From positions 5,022,001 to 5,086,000 of the forward strand of contig CM102286.1 in the NCBI GenBank assembly GCA_046563655.1: a DNA stretch of 64,000 nucleotides, written 5' to 3'. The translations under genes and the position numbers were made by a program. How positions within the stretch are numbered: position 1 is the stretch's first letter; every line of letters begins with the position of its first letter. Below the pieces are notes generated by a model. The model saw nothing but the letters and a program-made list of their open reading frames with translations. It made no database searches and had not been told where the DNA came from. The DNA is from Yuukianura sp. NJ FZ-2021 (Eukaryota). This document shows, one piece after another, positions 1 to 13,402 of this stretch.

Positions 1-602
1 TACCCAAAGGAAATGAGACACAAATTGGCTTTTGTTCTTTTGTCAAGAAGCTCAGGGCAACGGCACACTGCAGCCAACAAAATTATCACATGAAACGAGA
101 AAAAAAAACTCCAGAAAGCAGTGAATTACGAGAGAAATGTCCATTTTGTGCAGAAATTAATTCACGACAAAATGAAGATATTTTATACTTTCACTGCATC
201 TAATTTCCCAGTTTTGTAAACTATTTAGAAAGTTTAAAACGTCGTCACTCAACATCGTTCTCCGCTAAAAGTAGGTTAGTGGATTTGCAATTTCACTTAA
301 AATAAAATTTGGTTTTGCAATACTAAAAACCAAATTCAAAAGAAAGTTGATTGCCGATTATGAAATGCCTTTGTACCACCGAATTTGAAAACGCTCAATT
401 TGAAACCGTATGTTTGCTAAGTCTACATCAACTGCGCCAACTCATAATGAGTTTTCATTCGCCGAATTTTGTTAAGGTTATTCGAAACCTGTTATTTGCA
501 TAAATCGGCAACAAAAAGGCACACTTTAGTGTTGTTTTGTTATAAAAGTCTCATTTCCTCTGAAGTATTTTAAAATTCTGGACATGCAGGTAGTAAACTC
601 AC

Positions 603-3600
603 ATTAATTCAGGATGGAATCGATGAATTATGGCACAAAAAGCCATGCCATTTCTCCAAGACGTTGTCATGTTCGTAACTTTTACTCCACGGTATCCCTT
701 TGTGACTTCTTTACACCACGAGAGCAAGTCTTTACTCAGCGTGCCCGAGCCCGTAGTCGCTCCTAGTCCCACCATGACAGGCGGAGCAGCCTTTTTCACC
801 TGGCAAAGAATCAGAAGTAATAACAGTTAGTCCAATTAAGCTCAAATAGAGAAATAACCATTTGTTCTCATCCACCATAAATGAGTATGTGAGCCACAAC
901 CTTAATTGACACGCCCTGAGAGAGATCAAGTGGTCATGGTCCCTTGTACTACTAAGGACAAGGAACGAATAGGAAAATACAATATTTAAGGAACAGTTCC
1001 AATACACGACTTCAGGAGTCTCCTGACTTTTACTAATTTAGAAGTTTCCACAAGAATGGGAAATAGGAGAAAAAGAAATGAATAAAACAAATAGAAAGTA
1101 ATGAAAACAAATGGTTCTCTTTTACTTTGCTCTCTCTTTCTCCTTCCAACGACTCTCTTCAACTCGATTGTCTTCCATTGGAGTCGTCTTTCCCATTTGG
1201 ACGAGAGAGAACAAAAATAGGGAAAGGTAAAGAGCAAAGAAAAAAACTTTAAGTCGAGTTCGGTTAGTGAAATTAAATTTGGGATTGAATTTGAGAGAGG
1301 TTTCGAAACTAAGGCACAATGGAGAAGGGTTTTGAGAAGACGCGAAAAGATTCTGGCAAGAAAAAGAAAGTGAAAGTGGATCCGAAAATTCGATTCAGTA
1401 GTATTTATTTCTTCAATGCTTTTGTTAGAAAGAAAAGAAAACGTGGGAAATTCCACTTGTTACTGACAAAATGCGCATGAAGATTCATAAATCAAACTAA
1501 AATTACTATGCCTGAACATATTTTATCAGACACAAAATGCGTTCTAGTCTAACAGCAATGCTTTAGAAATTAAGCATTGACTACATATGTACTGAGAATG
1601 GACAATAATATCACATGCAGGTATTAAAATTGGGTTCAGCTTTCACCGACTGTTGATTTTCAAAACGTATTTTAAAAATCAATAGATTGATCAGTTTCAA
1701 ATTTAACATCAAGGCCAATTCCGGGTATTGATGTAGACTTTGTCGAGCTAGATGTTTCGTTTCTGGCTTTTACTCAACACTGACTAATTAACGCAAACTT
1801 TAAAATCAGCTTACCGTGAAAGCCGTTTTGTGCTATGCTTATTAGACAATATCAAAATTGTTTTTTAAAAATTCTTCTCTATTAGGCTAAATTCGTTGAA
1901 GTTCGTGATAAGTGGCTCCCTTCGCCGGGACTCACATCGAATATAGCGTAGAGGCCCTTCAATAAACATAAGTTGACGCCTAGAAAAATATTGTTAGAAA
2001 AGCCGCTTCTTTTTGTTCATAATAGTTTCACTTTCCTTCTTAGGTGGAAAGATATCGAAGGATTGTTGGGGCGGAAATTACATGGCTGTTTCTTCATCCC
2101 AAGCCTCCTATTAAGGGTACTTCTGGGTGAAATGAAAAACTTTGCACATGGAGTTTAGTATGTCTCAGAAGATCACGGAAGAAAGTCCACTTTCACTTCA
2201 CTCACTCACCTTACACTAACCAATTCTGGCTCTTCGCCCTATAAACTCTCTCCCCTCCAGAAAAAAAACTTATGCTAGTCATTCACCTCTGCAACTGAAA
2301 CTACCATAACCTAATGCAGCTAGATAACCAGCAGAATGCTAGTCACAGGAGACTTTCAAGACACGATTGGGCTCTTCAAAAAAACTGTTCAAACAAACTT
2401 TTTTGAAGCAAAGTTGTCAATTAAGAGAATACTTGTAAGAATCAAGATGATTCCCAAGGACCCCCTTCTCTTCTTCCGTAGTCAAAACGGAATAATTGCA
2501 TTTGTTTTCAGCCACTTCCGCCTTTTCCCGGAAAACGGGACTGACTATGCTACTATGCACTTGCTTTATTTTATTTCCTGTTCCTGTACTACTGTTTTCC
2601 TGTTAAGCTGCAACCAGCACTGTCACATTTCTCTCAACACCATTTTTATGTAAAAAACTTTGCTCCGGAAATAATTTCCAGAAGTTCCCGCGTCTTTTCC
2701 CGCGCTTTCCATACGAGCAGAAATGAAGTTTACATAATATTGCATGTGTGAGGGAATGGAAGAGGGTGTGGAAAAGAGAAAGTTGGGGGAAATAAGGCGA
2801 TCTAATCAGAAGAACCTTGGTGAATTACAAATTATTTGACAAGTCTTCCAGCACCCGTCGTTCTCTCCTGGAGCTCCTTCTGAAAAAATATTGCTAACAC
2901 TTTCACTTTCACCAAAGCAAAGCCAGACGCTACCTACGTTAGAAGTACATGTTAGGTCTAGTTATGTTGTCGACAAGCCTCTGCTTCACACTTTCTCTCT
3001 TCAAAATTTGAAACTACAAGAAAGTCTACTTTCACAGAATGAACAAAGACTTACAAGGCTCGAATGTTGTCATTACTTACATGATGGGACTAGAATCAAA
3101 ATCAGATCCGGAAACCTGATTCATGATTTGACAAAATACACATTGCGAAAAACATCTCGACTGGTGGTGTCTGTCTGGTATACGTTTGGGAACTTTCTCC
3201 AAAATTACAATCACAATATCAAAATACGTGGAGATTTTCCACAATTTGGATTCGGTTGATCTTGTCTTAAAGAAAGCAGTGACACAGAAGTTATACTGGA
3301 AATAACTTTTGCCAAATAACTTTTGCACTCTTGGGCTTTTACAAAACTTATAAAACTAATTACTTTTTTCTCCTCTAATTCCTGTCCAACTATACTAATT
3401 CAATTTTTCTTACTTTTGAATGTGAAAAGTGCATTAAAAACGTTCACTTTTACAATGGGAGAAACTTTTGTTTTCCAGACGTAAAAAAATGAAAGATTCG
3501 GCTTCCGTTCCTACAGACCAAGGAGATAAACTTTGCAAAAACTTTAAAAATTCAAAAGAGATGTAACGTTTTACAGTTCGTGGGTAACGTTATGAAGATC

Positions 3601-6600
3601 AGAACTTGTCTGTCGCCCTCAAACCAAAAAAACTTTGGTTTTTCTAGATGTTAGTACGGGGGCACAATTGAAGCTTTAAGTTTGATGATAGTTTGGAAAT
3701 GTAATTACAAATTCTGAACATGTAGACTCATTTAATTCCTTACAGCTTCCTCGTCTCCTCAAGAAACCGGGAGTTCACTTCCCAGTGACAATAAATTAAA
3801 GAGAAAGTGTCTAATTTCAAATTAGAAAGAGAAACGACCCCAGCATTACTCAATTACGGATTCATTTTCATCTCAAAAAGATTTCCAGCGCTCCTACGTT
3901 TAAATCAAATCCACTTCTGCCAAAACATCCAACTCTAACCATTTTCTTCCAAGATTGAATACAAACGTAAATACCTCTCTTGGATTTTAAACGTCTAGAT
4001 AATACTGCCAAAGTACTACACTAAATGATTTTCTATTTACCTACCACTTTTCAAACTACTTTTTATATTATTTAAATTTTGGGCACAAACAAGTTTAAAA
4101 AAACGACAAGAAAGCAGGAATAAGCTCAAAGTTTTTCTAACATAAAATCCAATGATAAATTCCATAGGGATTTTCCGAATTGACACTTTGGAATCAGTTA
4201 GAAAAATTGAGTTTAGTTTGAATTAGGTTTGACTGACACTGAATTTCCCGCTTCGGTTGCCAACTATTCGTGACTCTAATCTTATAATTAGCAGAGAGTT
4301 GGATGTTCTTTCCGGATAGAAACTGGAGCTTATTGTTTCATGGAACAAAGCCATGGAGAAATGACAAATGGAAGGGGAAAGCCATTGTGAGTGCTTTCCC
4401 CGAGATTCCTTTGTGTTTGGGTGGCCTTGTGAGTGAAAGTATTTATTACTGTATTAGAACCATTTACAAAATTACTGTCATCTGCAACACCCGAAACACA
4501 AGGATCCACTTCTAAAAGAACCCGAAGTCCAGACAGGACTTATAGGCAGCAGTTGGACATGGACCAAGAGAAAGTTCTTCAACGAAACGTTCAGACTCTG
4601 GTTTATGGAAAAAGTAAATAGTACTGAACTTCTTTGTCTATTTCGTCTGGACAAGAGACGACAGCTAGCAGATAGCATAGTCGCAGCACCGAACGTACAG
4701 GAAATAAATCAATTTTCACTCTTTGGCATTACTGCAGAGAGTGTCGTGCTACCAACTTCATTATGTTTGGAAGTGAAAGCGATACGCGCGGGAAGAGGCT
4801 GATAAAAACTAGTTAGAGTGGCAGCCTTTCTACAAATGTAAATTTTGAAAAGAAAATGGGCGCGGAAACCATGTGAATCCAATTTCAATACTTTATGGTC
4901 CAGAGAATGACTTTTCGTATCAGATCTTCCTCTGCTTTTTCCGGCCAAAGAAACGCATAATAACTATCGCTGAGGTTATTTAACATTATCCATGTTCAAA
5001 ATAACCCAAAAGAGCTCTCAAGCCTAACATATTACGTTAGTTTTAGAGAGTGACCGCTAGCGAACCTTGACGCCCGTCGGCCATTGATCTCTAAAGAGCT
5101 TGTACTTTGCGAGTTATGGAATGGCAGACCGAGGAAAAATGGCCAAAAAGTGCCATTAGAAAATAACGAAAAGGACTTAACAAAAAAATGGCGTAGCGAG
5201 AACATAAAACTTACGCTATCAGACTGTGTTCGCAAATCCAATGGCTTCAGACTACTCCGATCTCCAGTGCCACTACCGCCGCCAAAGGTTGGTCCACTTC
5301 CTATGAGTCCTTGCACAATTTCAGAGTCCGCACTAGAAAAAGAGAAGAAAAAACGGAAAAAAGAACAGTTTTATTAGAATCGGACAATACAATGGGCCCT
5401 TGGAACTCGAAAAAGACATTACCATAATTCACTATTCACCTTTGGGTGAATAGCCTAACCTAACCACGTTTACACCTGAGCCCATAAATATGAACAAACA
5501 GACAGGTTTAAAGACTATGCATTTTCTCAAAAACCGTCGACGTCTGACAGGTCACATTTTATGACCCAGTTGGACATCAATTAAAGATTTCTCCTGACTT
5601 TTGAACTTACCCGCCCGTCTAAAACTCAGAATTGCAAGAGACACGTCGCGGAGAAAGTTAAGTTTCAAACATAGTGCTGTTGTCGCCCTGCATGTGGATT
5701 CTAACTTTGGCTAAACTCAAAATAAGAACAGACAGTGAAGAAGTGATGAAGTGGGGCGAATTCCCGCTTTGAAAAAAAAATCTGCTTGTAGTGTTTTGTA
5801 TTGCGGAGAAAGAATAAGAAAGGAGCTTTCTCCGGAGATTTTCCCATGTAATTTGGACGTTTGAAATATTTGTTTGACTTGAACCTCAAGTCTCTGACAC
5901 TTCTGGCCTACGAACCACAAATTTGCAAAGCGCTGTTGGTTCTTACCGAGACTAGAAATAAGAAACAAAGCAGAACGTCTGCCGCTGTGTGGTCGACAAC
6001 CAGGCAATATTTTGCAGAGTCAGTTAAAGTTGAGTTCAACTACTACAGTACTACTGGCAGACACCATCGAACGGAGAAAGCGTTCGCAGAGAAAATAAAA
6101 TCTTGTACGTCCGTGCGCAAAGCTCAAAAAGTATCCTTGCTTTCTGTCTCTGTGCCTGTCTCCTTGATCTTACAACAAAAAAGTTGTGTGCAGAGGTCAA
6201 AAGATAGAAGAAAAACTGTAATTTTCGGTTGCATCAAAAAAGAAATTAATTTTTCCTTGGAATCTCAATTCGAAAAATGCAGTGACACAATTTCTACTCG
6301 GGAAGAAAATGGAAAACCCTAAAACGCATACATTGACACTAAAGACTGCAGGGTTTTTGACAAAACAGAGCAATTCCTGGAATTGGATATTCCGATAAAG
6401 TCTTACGATAATAATACTATACCTTTCCCGATCCATGATCCTTTCCTCTAAAGGTACTAAAATGAGCAGAGAAAGTAAGGTAATCTGAATCAGCGAGAAA
6501 TCGTTTCCCGTTGGCAGGTTCCATGCCATTGTTTCAAATGAATTGCTTCGAAAGGAAAAGTTTTTAAAAATTACTCCTAAAAAACCTATCCTTTAACATT

Positions 6601-9600
6601 ATTAGAAACAAATTTTTAGAAGCAATTCTCCTTTATAAGCAATTCATTTTAGAACCAATGGCGTGCATCCCTTTTTATGACGTTTTTAGCCATTTCCAAA
6701 CGTTTTCTGCAAGAAATGAAAATTTTTGGAGGGGAGGGGTCGCCCCTTTACTTATTTTTGGACTTTGTCGATTTTCACATTTTTTTGAAAATGAAGGTAA
6801 GGGGGGACCCTTACCATCAAGAAAAAATTTTTTTCACTTTTGCCCCAAAACTACTTAAAACTCATTTTCACACTATAAAACGATGTTTTAGCGAAACATT
6901 GTTTTTAAAATTTCAAACTGGACCTAAAATTTTTCGAATAAAAAAAAACTGTCTTATTTTTGGAAATTTTTTTCTTCTTATTCTTCTATTTCCAGACTCC
7001 TAGTCCAATGTCAACAGTATAAATCAAATATGGCGTTAAGACTTATTTAATGTCGGTGCCATCACATCCTTTCAAAATGCAACTCCAGCACCAAAAGATG
7101 CACAAAATTCATCCATGCTTAGTACTTGATAAGCGTTCAGTTAAAGCAAAATGACCTACACACCAGGGAGATGGAAATATGCTAATCCCACGCACTCCCT
7201 GAACTCCTACTCAAAAGTTCTTTTCCGAAATTCACAAGTTTTTAAAACAATTTCGCCATTTTGCCACTAACGTAAGTAAGTTTCAGGAAACTTCGACATC
7301 TATGGCCAGCCAATCTACTATTAAAAAAAAGCGTAGCGACTAAGATCTTCATCCACTTTGCTCCATCAATCAACGTTGGGCACAATCTAATCGTATCGCC
7401 GCTAATGGAAGTTGCATGCCACTTTAAGACTCAAGATGAATACTTTGGAGTAAAAAATAACACGGAAATGCACATTCCTACCAAATTTTACCGAAAGCCG
7501 AAAAAATTCAATACGGTTCCAAATGCTAAACTTCGTCCTTATACTTCAATTCAAATTGAAGTTGCAAAACGTAAGCCCTACATTGTAAATCATTCGTTTT
7601 GTAACCTAGTCTCATCACTTTCACTTCACACGGCACTAAAACTTTCACACGTCCATTCGTCCCTAAAAAACTGAAATAAAAGTCAAAAGTCCTTTGAAAG
7701 AAATAGGCTCCAAAGCACCAGCAACATGTCATGCATAATTCTCTTCACAAGGACTTTCTATGCTTTCTCCCCCGCCACCAACGTAGCATTTCGTCGCTCA
7801 AACTGCCTCCGCTACCGTCTAGCCATCATGTAAAAAATTCTTTTTTTCAGAGTCTTTTCATTTTTGTGACTTTGCCATAAAACGGCATGACCTATCAGTC
7901 ACTTTTGAGCAACAAGAACCATGGTCCGGAAGGCCACTAGGCTAGTTCACATTTTTATGTCAATGGAAAGCAACGGAGGGCTTTTGCTTTCCCTTTATGA
8001 ACAACTTATTCCTGTTTAATGACATTACAGCACTGCGTTACTTCGCTGTTGCAGCCAGCATTCGGTGTAAACTTCGTCTTGGATACAACAAGAGAAAAAT
8101 AATACGACTTGTTCAACATTTCTCATTTCTTTTGGTTGTAACATGGGTTCCATGTGATTTGGTCAGAAAGTGAAAAGATCAAAAGTGAAATGATCAGAAA
8201 AAAAAGGTCAGAAAAGGAAGGAACGTAACCAAACCTAACCTTAGATCTTTTGAATTCTGACCTTTTCACTTCTGATCATTTCACTTCTGACCAAATATTT
8301 CTGACCATTTCACCTGCTACGGTAACATGACAATGTGGATTTTAAACGGATCAACACGGATCAAGTCTCGGGTGACATAAATGTCACTGCGAAGCTTCTG
8401 AAAACATACACAGGTTACAGGAAATCCGAGCAAACATAAGGAAACGTGGAGTTCCTTGGAGGTAAAAAGTTATGAGGCGGTGGTGTGGTGAAAGCACGGA
8501 GACAACAAGAAACAAATCTATCCCGGCTTCGGTTCCATCCCTTCCCTGCTCACGTTACACGGCGAAAGGTGACATCGAAGTCAATAAGTATCCAATTCCA
8601 ATATTTTTTAGCCAAAAGTCATCGTTAGACTCTCACAGAAAAAGATACTAACGTAAAACAAGAAATCGAAACTAAACAAACATAGGATAACAAATGCACG
8701 AAAACTTTTAACCACTCAGTTCAGTATCGATAATATGGACTCCGCAGTACGCCGTAATGTAAACCCGAAACCGCAAACGTGTTTCAGTTTCAGTATTATT
8801 ACCAACATTAGAGTTTGCGGTGCTAAAGTTTTGCCAAAAGCTTGTTTATATGGTACAGAGAGAAAGCCGCGCACGCACAGAAAGGCGTTTTTCAAAAGCA
8901 CTGCTGTTTTTTAAATGACGAAGGACAAAAGGAGGAATAAAAATTAAGAATTTTAATTTCACGAAATCAGAAAAGATGTGTCGAAAGATTGCGAAAAAAG
9001 AAATAGGGCACAGAGAAAGCAAAAAAACGAAGTTGAAGGTACTTTTCACTACGTCTGGTAGGAAATGAAAGTCAGAATAAAAAGTTCAGTTGAAGCAAAG
9101 CTTTGGAAGACAGACAACGGACAATGAATATTGCAAATGAAGTCAGTAATTTCCATCCAGAACAGCGCTGCCCCAACAGCGGGAGGCACAGCCATTCAAC
9201 GCTGGCAGCGGATTACTAACTTTTCTGTAATGCTAAGTTCCTTTAGTCGTGAAATGCGTGCGATTCTTCATGACGTTCCACTGTATTTAACAGCCGGAGG
9301 ACGAACTGTGAAGATTTTTGCAAATCCATTGTTTGAACTAGTTCGCAGACAAGGAAAATGCGAACATTTCATATACAGGAAGCTCGAAAACACTGGAGCT
9401 GCTGAAAGTTCGCTGTTGAACTAGTTCCATTCAAAATCAGAGAAACTTGACGCATTTGCATCCTTCAACGGTTTTTGAAGACAAAAGCCGACGTCGTCAC
9501 TGACGCTTGTAAAACCAGTAGACAAAAGACGACGTCGTCAATGACGCTTGGAAAACCAGTAGAAAAACGACGACGTCGTCAATGACGCTTATAAACCCAG

Positions 9601-12082
9601 TAACCGTTGGAATGAAACAGGAAACAACTAACAAGTCAAATAAAGTCGCCCAGTTAAAAATAGTTTAGCCAAGCTTTTGTTACGGTATACAACTTAGTAC
9701 AGTACAAGCAACATTTATTTTTTGTACAACTCTCAAAATTAAAACCCAAAATTTTAAATTTTAGTCCAACAAAACCGTCCATACCCAACCCTACAGCAGG
9801 GAACAAACACTGAGTAGCAACATAACAAAGTTAAAACCAAACATTCCGCGGTTGGAATCAAAGACAAAAATACTTCCGAAAACGAATGTACATACATGAT
9901 ACAGAATTTCCAAAGGACAAGAAGCTTTGCTTTTGCTTTGAGCACTTAAAAATAGTAATAAAAAGTATAAATACATCCTGGTTCACAATTTTTACGATTC
10001 CAACAATCTTAAAATGTTGTGTTTGCAAGATTCCTTAAAATCAGAACACTAAATATCGAAACAAACGTGCACACAGAATTCAGCCAATATTATAATGACA
10101 CGAAGGCTACTTTACGTTGCCGAACTTAAATATCGAGGGTAAGTGGATATAACTCAAAAATTCAGTCAGTTTAGGAAAAAACGAGGTTAACCTAATGGAA
10201 TCCAAGAAAGCATTATCATGGAATAACAAATGGCCACAGATAAACTACGCGATACGACAACCCCGCGTCCGCAAAATGGAAATTATAAATTATTTACCCT
10301 TCGCGTTTGACCTGCGTAGTAACTATATACACGCTTCAAAACTTATTTTAGAAGCGACAAAATGGGAAAAGACAAGAGAGAAAGTAAGCGAAAACTGACC
10401 TTTTTCTGACCGTTGACTTGTTCGATTGTGACGATGTCGTAAGTTTTCCAGAATCGTAGTAATGCGAGTTCGGAGGCGTCGGAACAGTTGAAGGTGGGGT
10501 TGACACATGGAACTGTTGATCAGTTGATATGGTAGAGGATTCAAGCACCGATTGAGCACGACTGTCTGATTCAGTCCTTTCAGTGATTTTCGATAAGTTA
10601 AAATGGAAGTTAGGATCAGAAGAATCTGTACTGTCTTCTGCAAAGTTTCTAGCCAGAAAAAGTGTAACTGGTGTGTTGGACGGAGTTTTGGTTTGTGAAA
10701 AATTCGATGATACGTCACCCGATTTCATTGTAATTCCAGGAACGGGAGATTCTACTGGAAGATCTTCAATGACAGAATTGCTGAGGCTTCCATCGGATCT
10801 GTTGGCTACACACACACAAAATCAGGAAATCAGAAATCAAGAAAACCCAAGTCGAAAAAAAAAACAGTAACAATTTGCATCTTTTCTTCCCAGAATGCAA
10901 ATAAGGTGACGACTTAGTGCAGAAAACTGGACAAACTCATTTAGGTTATCTAACGTAAGTAATACCTAAATACTTCACAAAGTTTAACAGCATCTTTATA
11001 ATTCAACGGTAAAGCGTACCTGGGCTTTCAATGATGCTTTTGTCTCTTTCACTGAGGTTTGTAATAAGGCCATCAATTTGATTTGTGAGGTTTGAGACTT
11101 CACTGAACTTACGACCGCCACCGACGTCCGTGGAAGACAAAAATGATTTGTCTGAAAAAGAAAACATTAGAGAGGGTAGTCGAGTCATTTATCCTTGGGT
11201 TGCGTGACCATGTTAGTTGTGACAAGATTAGAGTAGTTACCATCATCGTCTCCCTCTAAATCATCCAAAGGGGCAATGTCGTTGGCAACAGATCCTCCAG
11301 CGCTCATCAAGCTTGCCAAGCTCTGCATATCTTCATCACTATTACAATTTGAAAATGTTCTACATTAATATTACTCGTGTTCTTCTATTTCAATCTGAAG
11401 ATGGGTAGCACAGTAATGTTGGCTTACGTGGCTTTTCCCTCGCGAATAAACGAAGACGAAATTGAAATTTTGAGCGATGCTGACGCAATTTTTTCGATAA
11501 GGGTTTCATCTTCAGTTCCACATTCGTTTGGGTTGGGACGTCAAAGGCGTAGTTTTTCACATTCAAAGCACACGATGCCAATGGTCTAGGTTTTCCAGTT
11601 GAAACCTAAAAATAAACCACACAGGTCATCACACATTGAGCATGCGGTATTTACCGGGTAAATGATATTTGTTATGTTACATCTTCGATGACAACGGTCC
11701 AATCCTTATCTTCGTATTCATCAGTTCTTGGATCTTTGAAGATAGTAACCGCAAATTCTTTCGTTTCTGGAAGCGGCCACACCACCATACCCTTTAGTGG
11801 ATTCTTCATCGTTGGCTCCCATAACTTCGGTTCCAATGTCACCTTCCGACTTTTTCGCGAAAGACTGACGCTTAACTTCTTGGGTTGCCTGTTATCAAAA
11901 AATTACATTAAGGCCAATCAAAAATTCTCAACTGCTGTACATGATTTATAAAACTTAATGATATCATTTTACACTTACCATTTTGGCGTGGCTTCAAGAA
12001 AAAGCTCTTCAAATGATATGACAAGATTGAATTTGGCAGCTCGTTTGTTGACTCGTTGAAGCCTTTTCCACACTGACCCCAT
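603..12082 (-). CDS. EHBP1: EH domain-binding protein 1 (NT-C2 + calponin-homology domains); 5' part only, gene continues beyond the left edge
   Basis: Spliced exons (GT-AG, phases consistent): 11979-12082, 11681-11888, 11428-11605, 11241-11338, 11020-11151, 10400-10805, 5215-5332, 603-799. Translation gives [18 protein letters not shown]..., [47 protein letters not shown] (NT-C2) and [42 protein letters not shown] (CH domain). Exon 3 needs one extra A at 11489-11494 to stay in frame. Additional alternative exons may exist. Confidence 0.93.
8146..8321. mobile_element. MITE/foldback-like non-autonomous element in an EHBP1 intron
   Basis: Imperfect terminal inverted repeats built from ~15-bp subrepeats (ggtcagaa/gatcagaa...gtgaaa versus tttcac...ttctgacc) around a central aacctaacct. 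Flanked by an identical 8-bp direct repeat GTAACATG (8138-8145, 8322-8329), consistent with a target-site duplication. Confidence 0.75.
9459..9614. repeat. Three ~41-bp tandem units bracketed by short inverted ends (MITE-like)
   Basis: Unit gacgtcgtca(c/a)tgacgctt..aaa.ccagta starts at 9490, 9531 and 9572. The ends catccttcaacggtt and aaccgttggaatg are imperfect inverted repeats. Confidence 0.7.
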
Positions 12083-13402
12083 TGATTTGATCACTGAAGG
12101 TTGTCGTTGTATTGTCTCCGGTAAATTGGTTGCAGTTATTTGGCGAACACACAAACTCTGAGCTTCGGAGTGTGGTTTGAAGTAAGGTTGTTCCCCGTAT
12201 CTGTAGCCTGTGGAACATGTAAACAATACCACATTAGCTACGCGACGAGTTAAGTATTTTAGAAATTTAAGCTTACCTTACAAAACAATACTCATCAAAC
12301 ACTGATTCTGTCCAATTCCAATGCCCCTCCCACGATCAATAATAAATTATTAACGAATGTGATCAAACGAAACCAACCGGAGTTAGAAAAAACCAACTCA
12401 ACAAATTACGGCAATTTAAATCTAATCAGCTGATGGTAATTTATAAGATTTTTTTTTATCTCCGCTGTCTCTCTTCGCCCTTTTGTTTGTGTAGACCGTC
12501 TGTATGTCTCTAGTGTGCCTGTGTTGATTCAGTTCCGCTGTTAGCAAGGAGAAATTATCATGCTAAAAGATTGCAAAAGAAAAACTTACCACCGACGGGA
12601 TCAAGGGGCGGTAACATAAATTGTGTAGTCGAATCAGCGTAGTAGAGTGGTTGGAAGTTCACCAATTACAAAATAAGTGGCCGAGTTAAATGGCAGTTGA
12701 TTGGTGGCTGTAGGAGGGTGACCAGAACAGGGCTAATTATGTATTCTATACGTCGCATGTCTATTCTGTGACGGGTTTCCGATGCTGAGATAAGCAGAGA
12801 TTGCTCACCAAAAATTTGCATGTTCAATTTCAGTTTGGCATTTTCAGACGTCGAAACGCCATTCCAAAATACCAATTCCTTTTTTTTAATATAAAATTAC
12901 GAGCGTACCAAATAAAACTATCGTTTAAAATCTGAATTTTTACTGATTGTAACGACTTTCTAATTATATTCCTAATTATCACGAGGCTTGTTTGTATGTA
13001 ACCTACACTTAACTTTATAGTTGTCTTGTATGTCTGTACGTTTCACGCCAAGTTTTTAGTCATTTGTAGTTATGGAATCCGTAATTCCTTCCACATCCGT
13101 ACTACGAAGTGAAATTGCACTTCTCAATGGGCGGGGTCCATGAGTTGCAAAAACACGTTGAAAAGTTAGCGCGGGAATATAACACTTGTTATTGTTGTTG
13201 TTTGGAATTTTTATTCATTTTGATTTTTTTTTGGTTTTTCTGTTTGAAATTCAGTAGGTTTTCTAATGTGAAATTCTATTTGAAATTCTATTTCTATTTG
13301 AAATTCAGTAAACGTTTTTAATTTTCAGCACTTCTGGATTCTGGAATAAAGCCAACCCTTCTAAACTACGTGAGAAAAATCGGCACTAACAGTAACTAGG
13401 AA

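Noticed and set aside
900..3330. Additional EHBP1 cassette exons (e.g. ~1125-1195, ~3080-3270)
   Set aside because: Splice signals are weak or the phases do not join the phase-0 CH exon. Not supportable without transcripts.
6650..6970. G-run-containing AT-rich block resembling an interspersed repeat (also ~36890-37130)
   Set aside because: No terminal repeats or second copy could be defined within this window.
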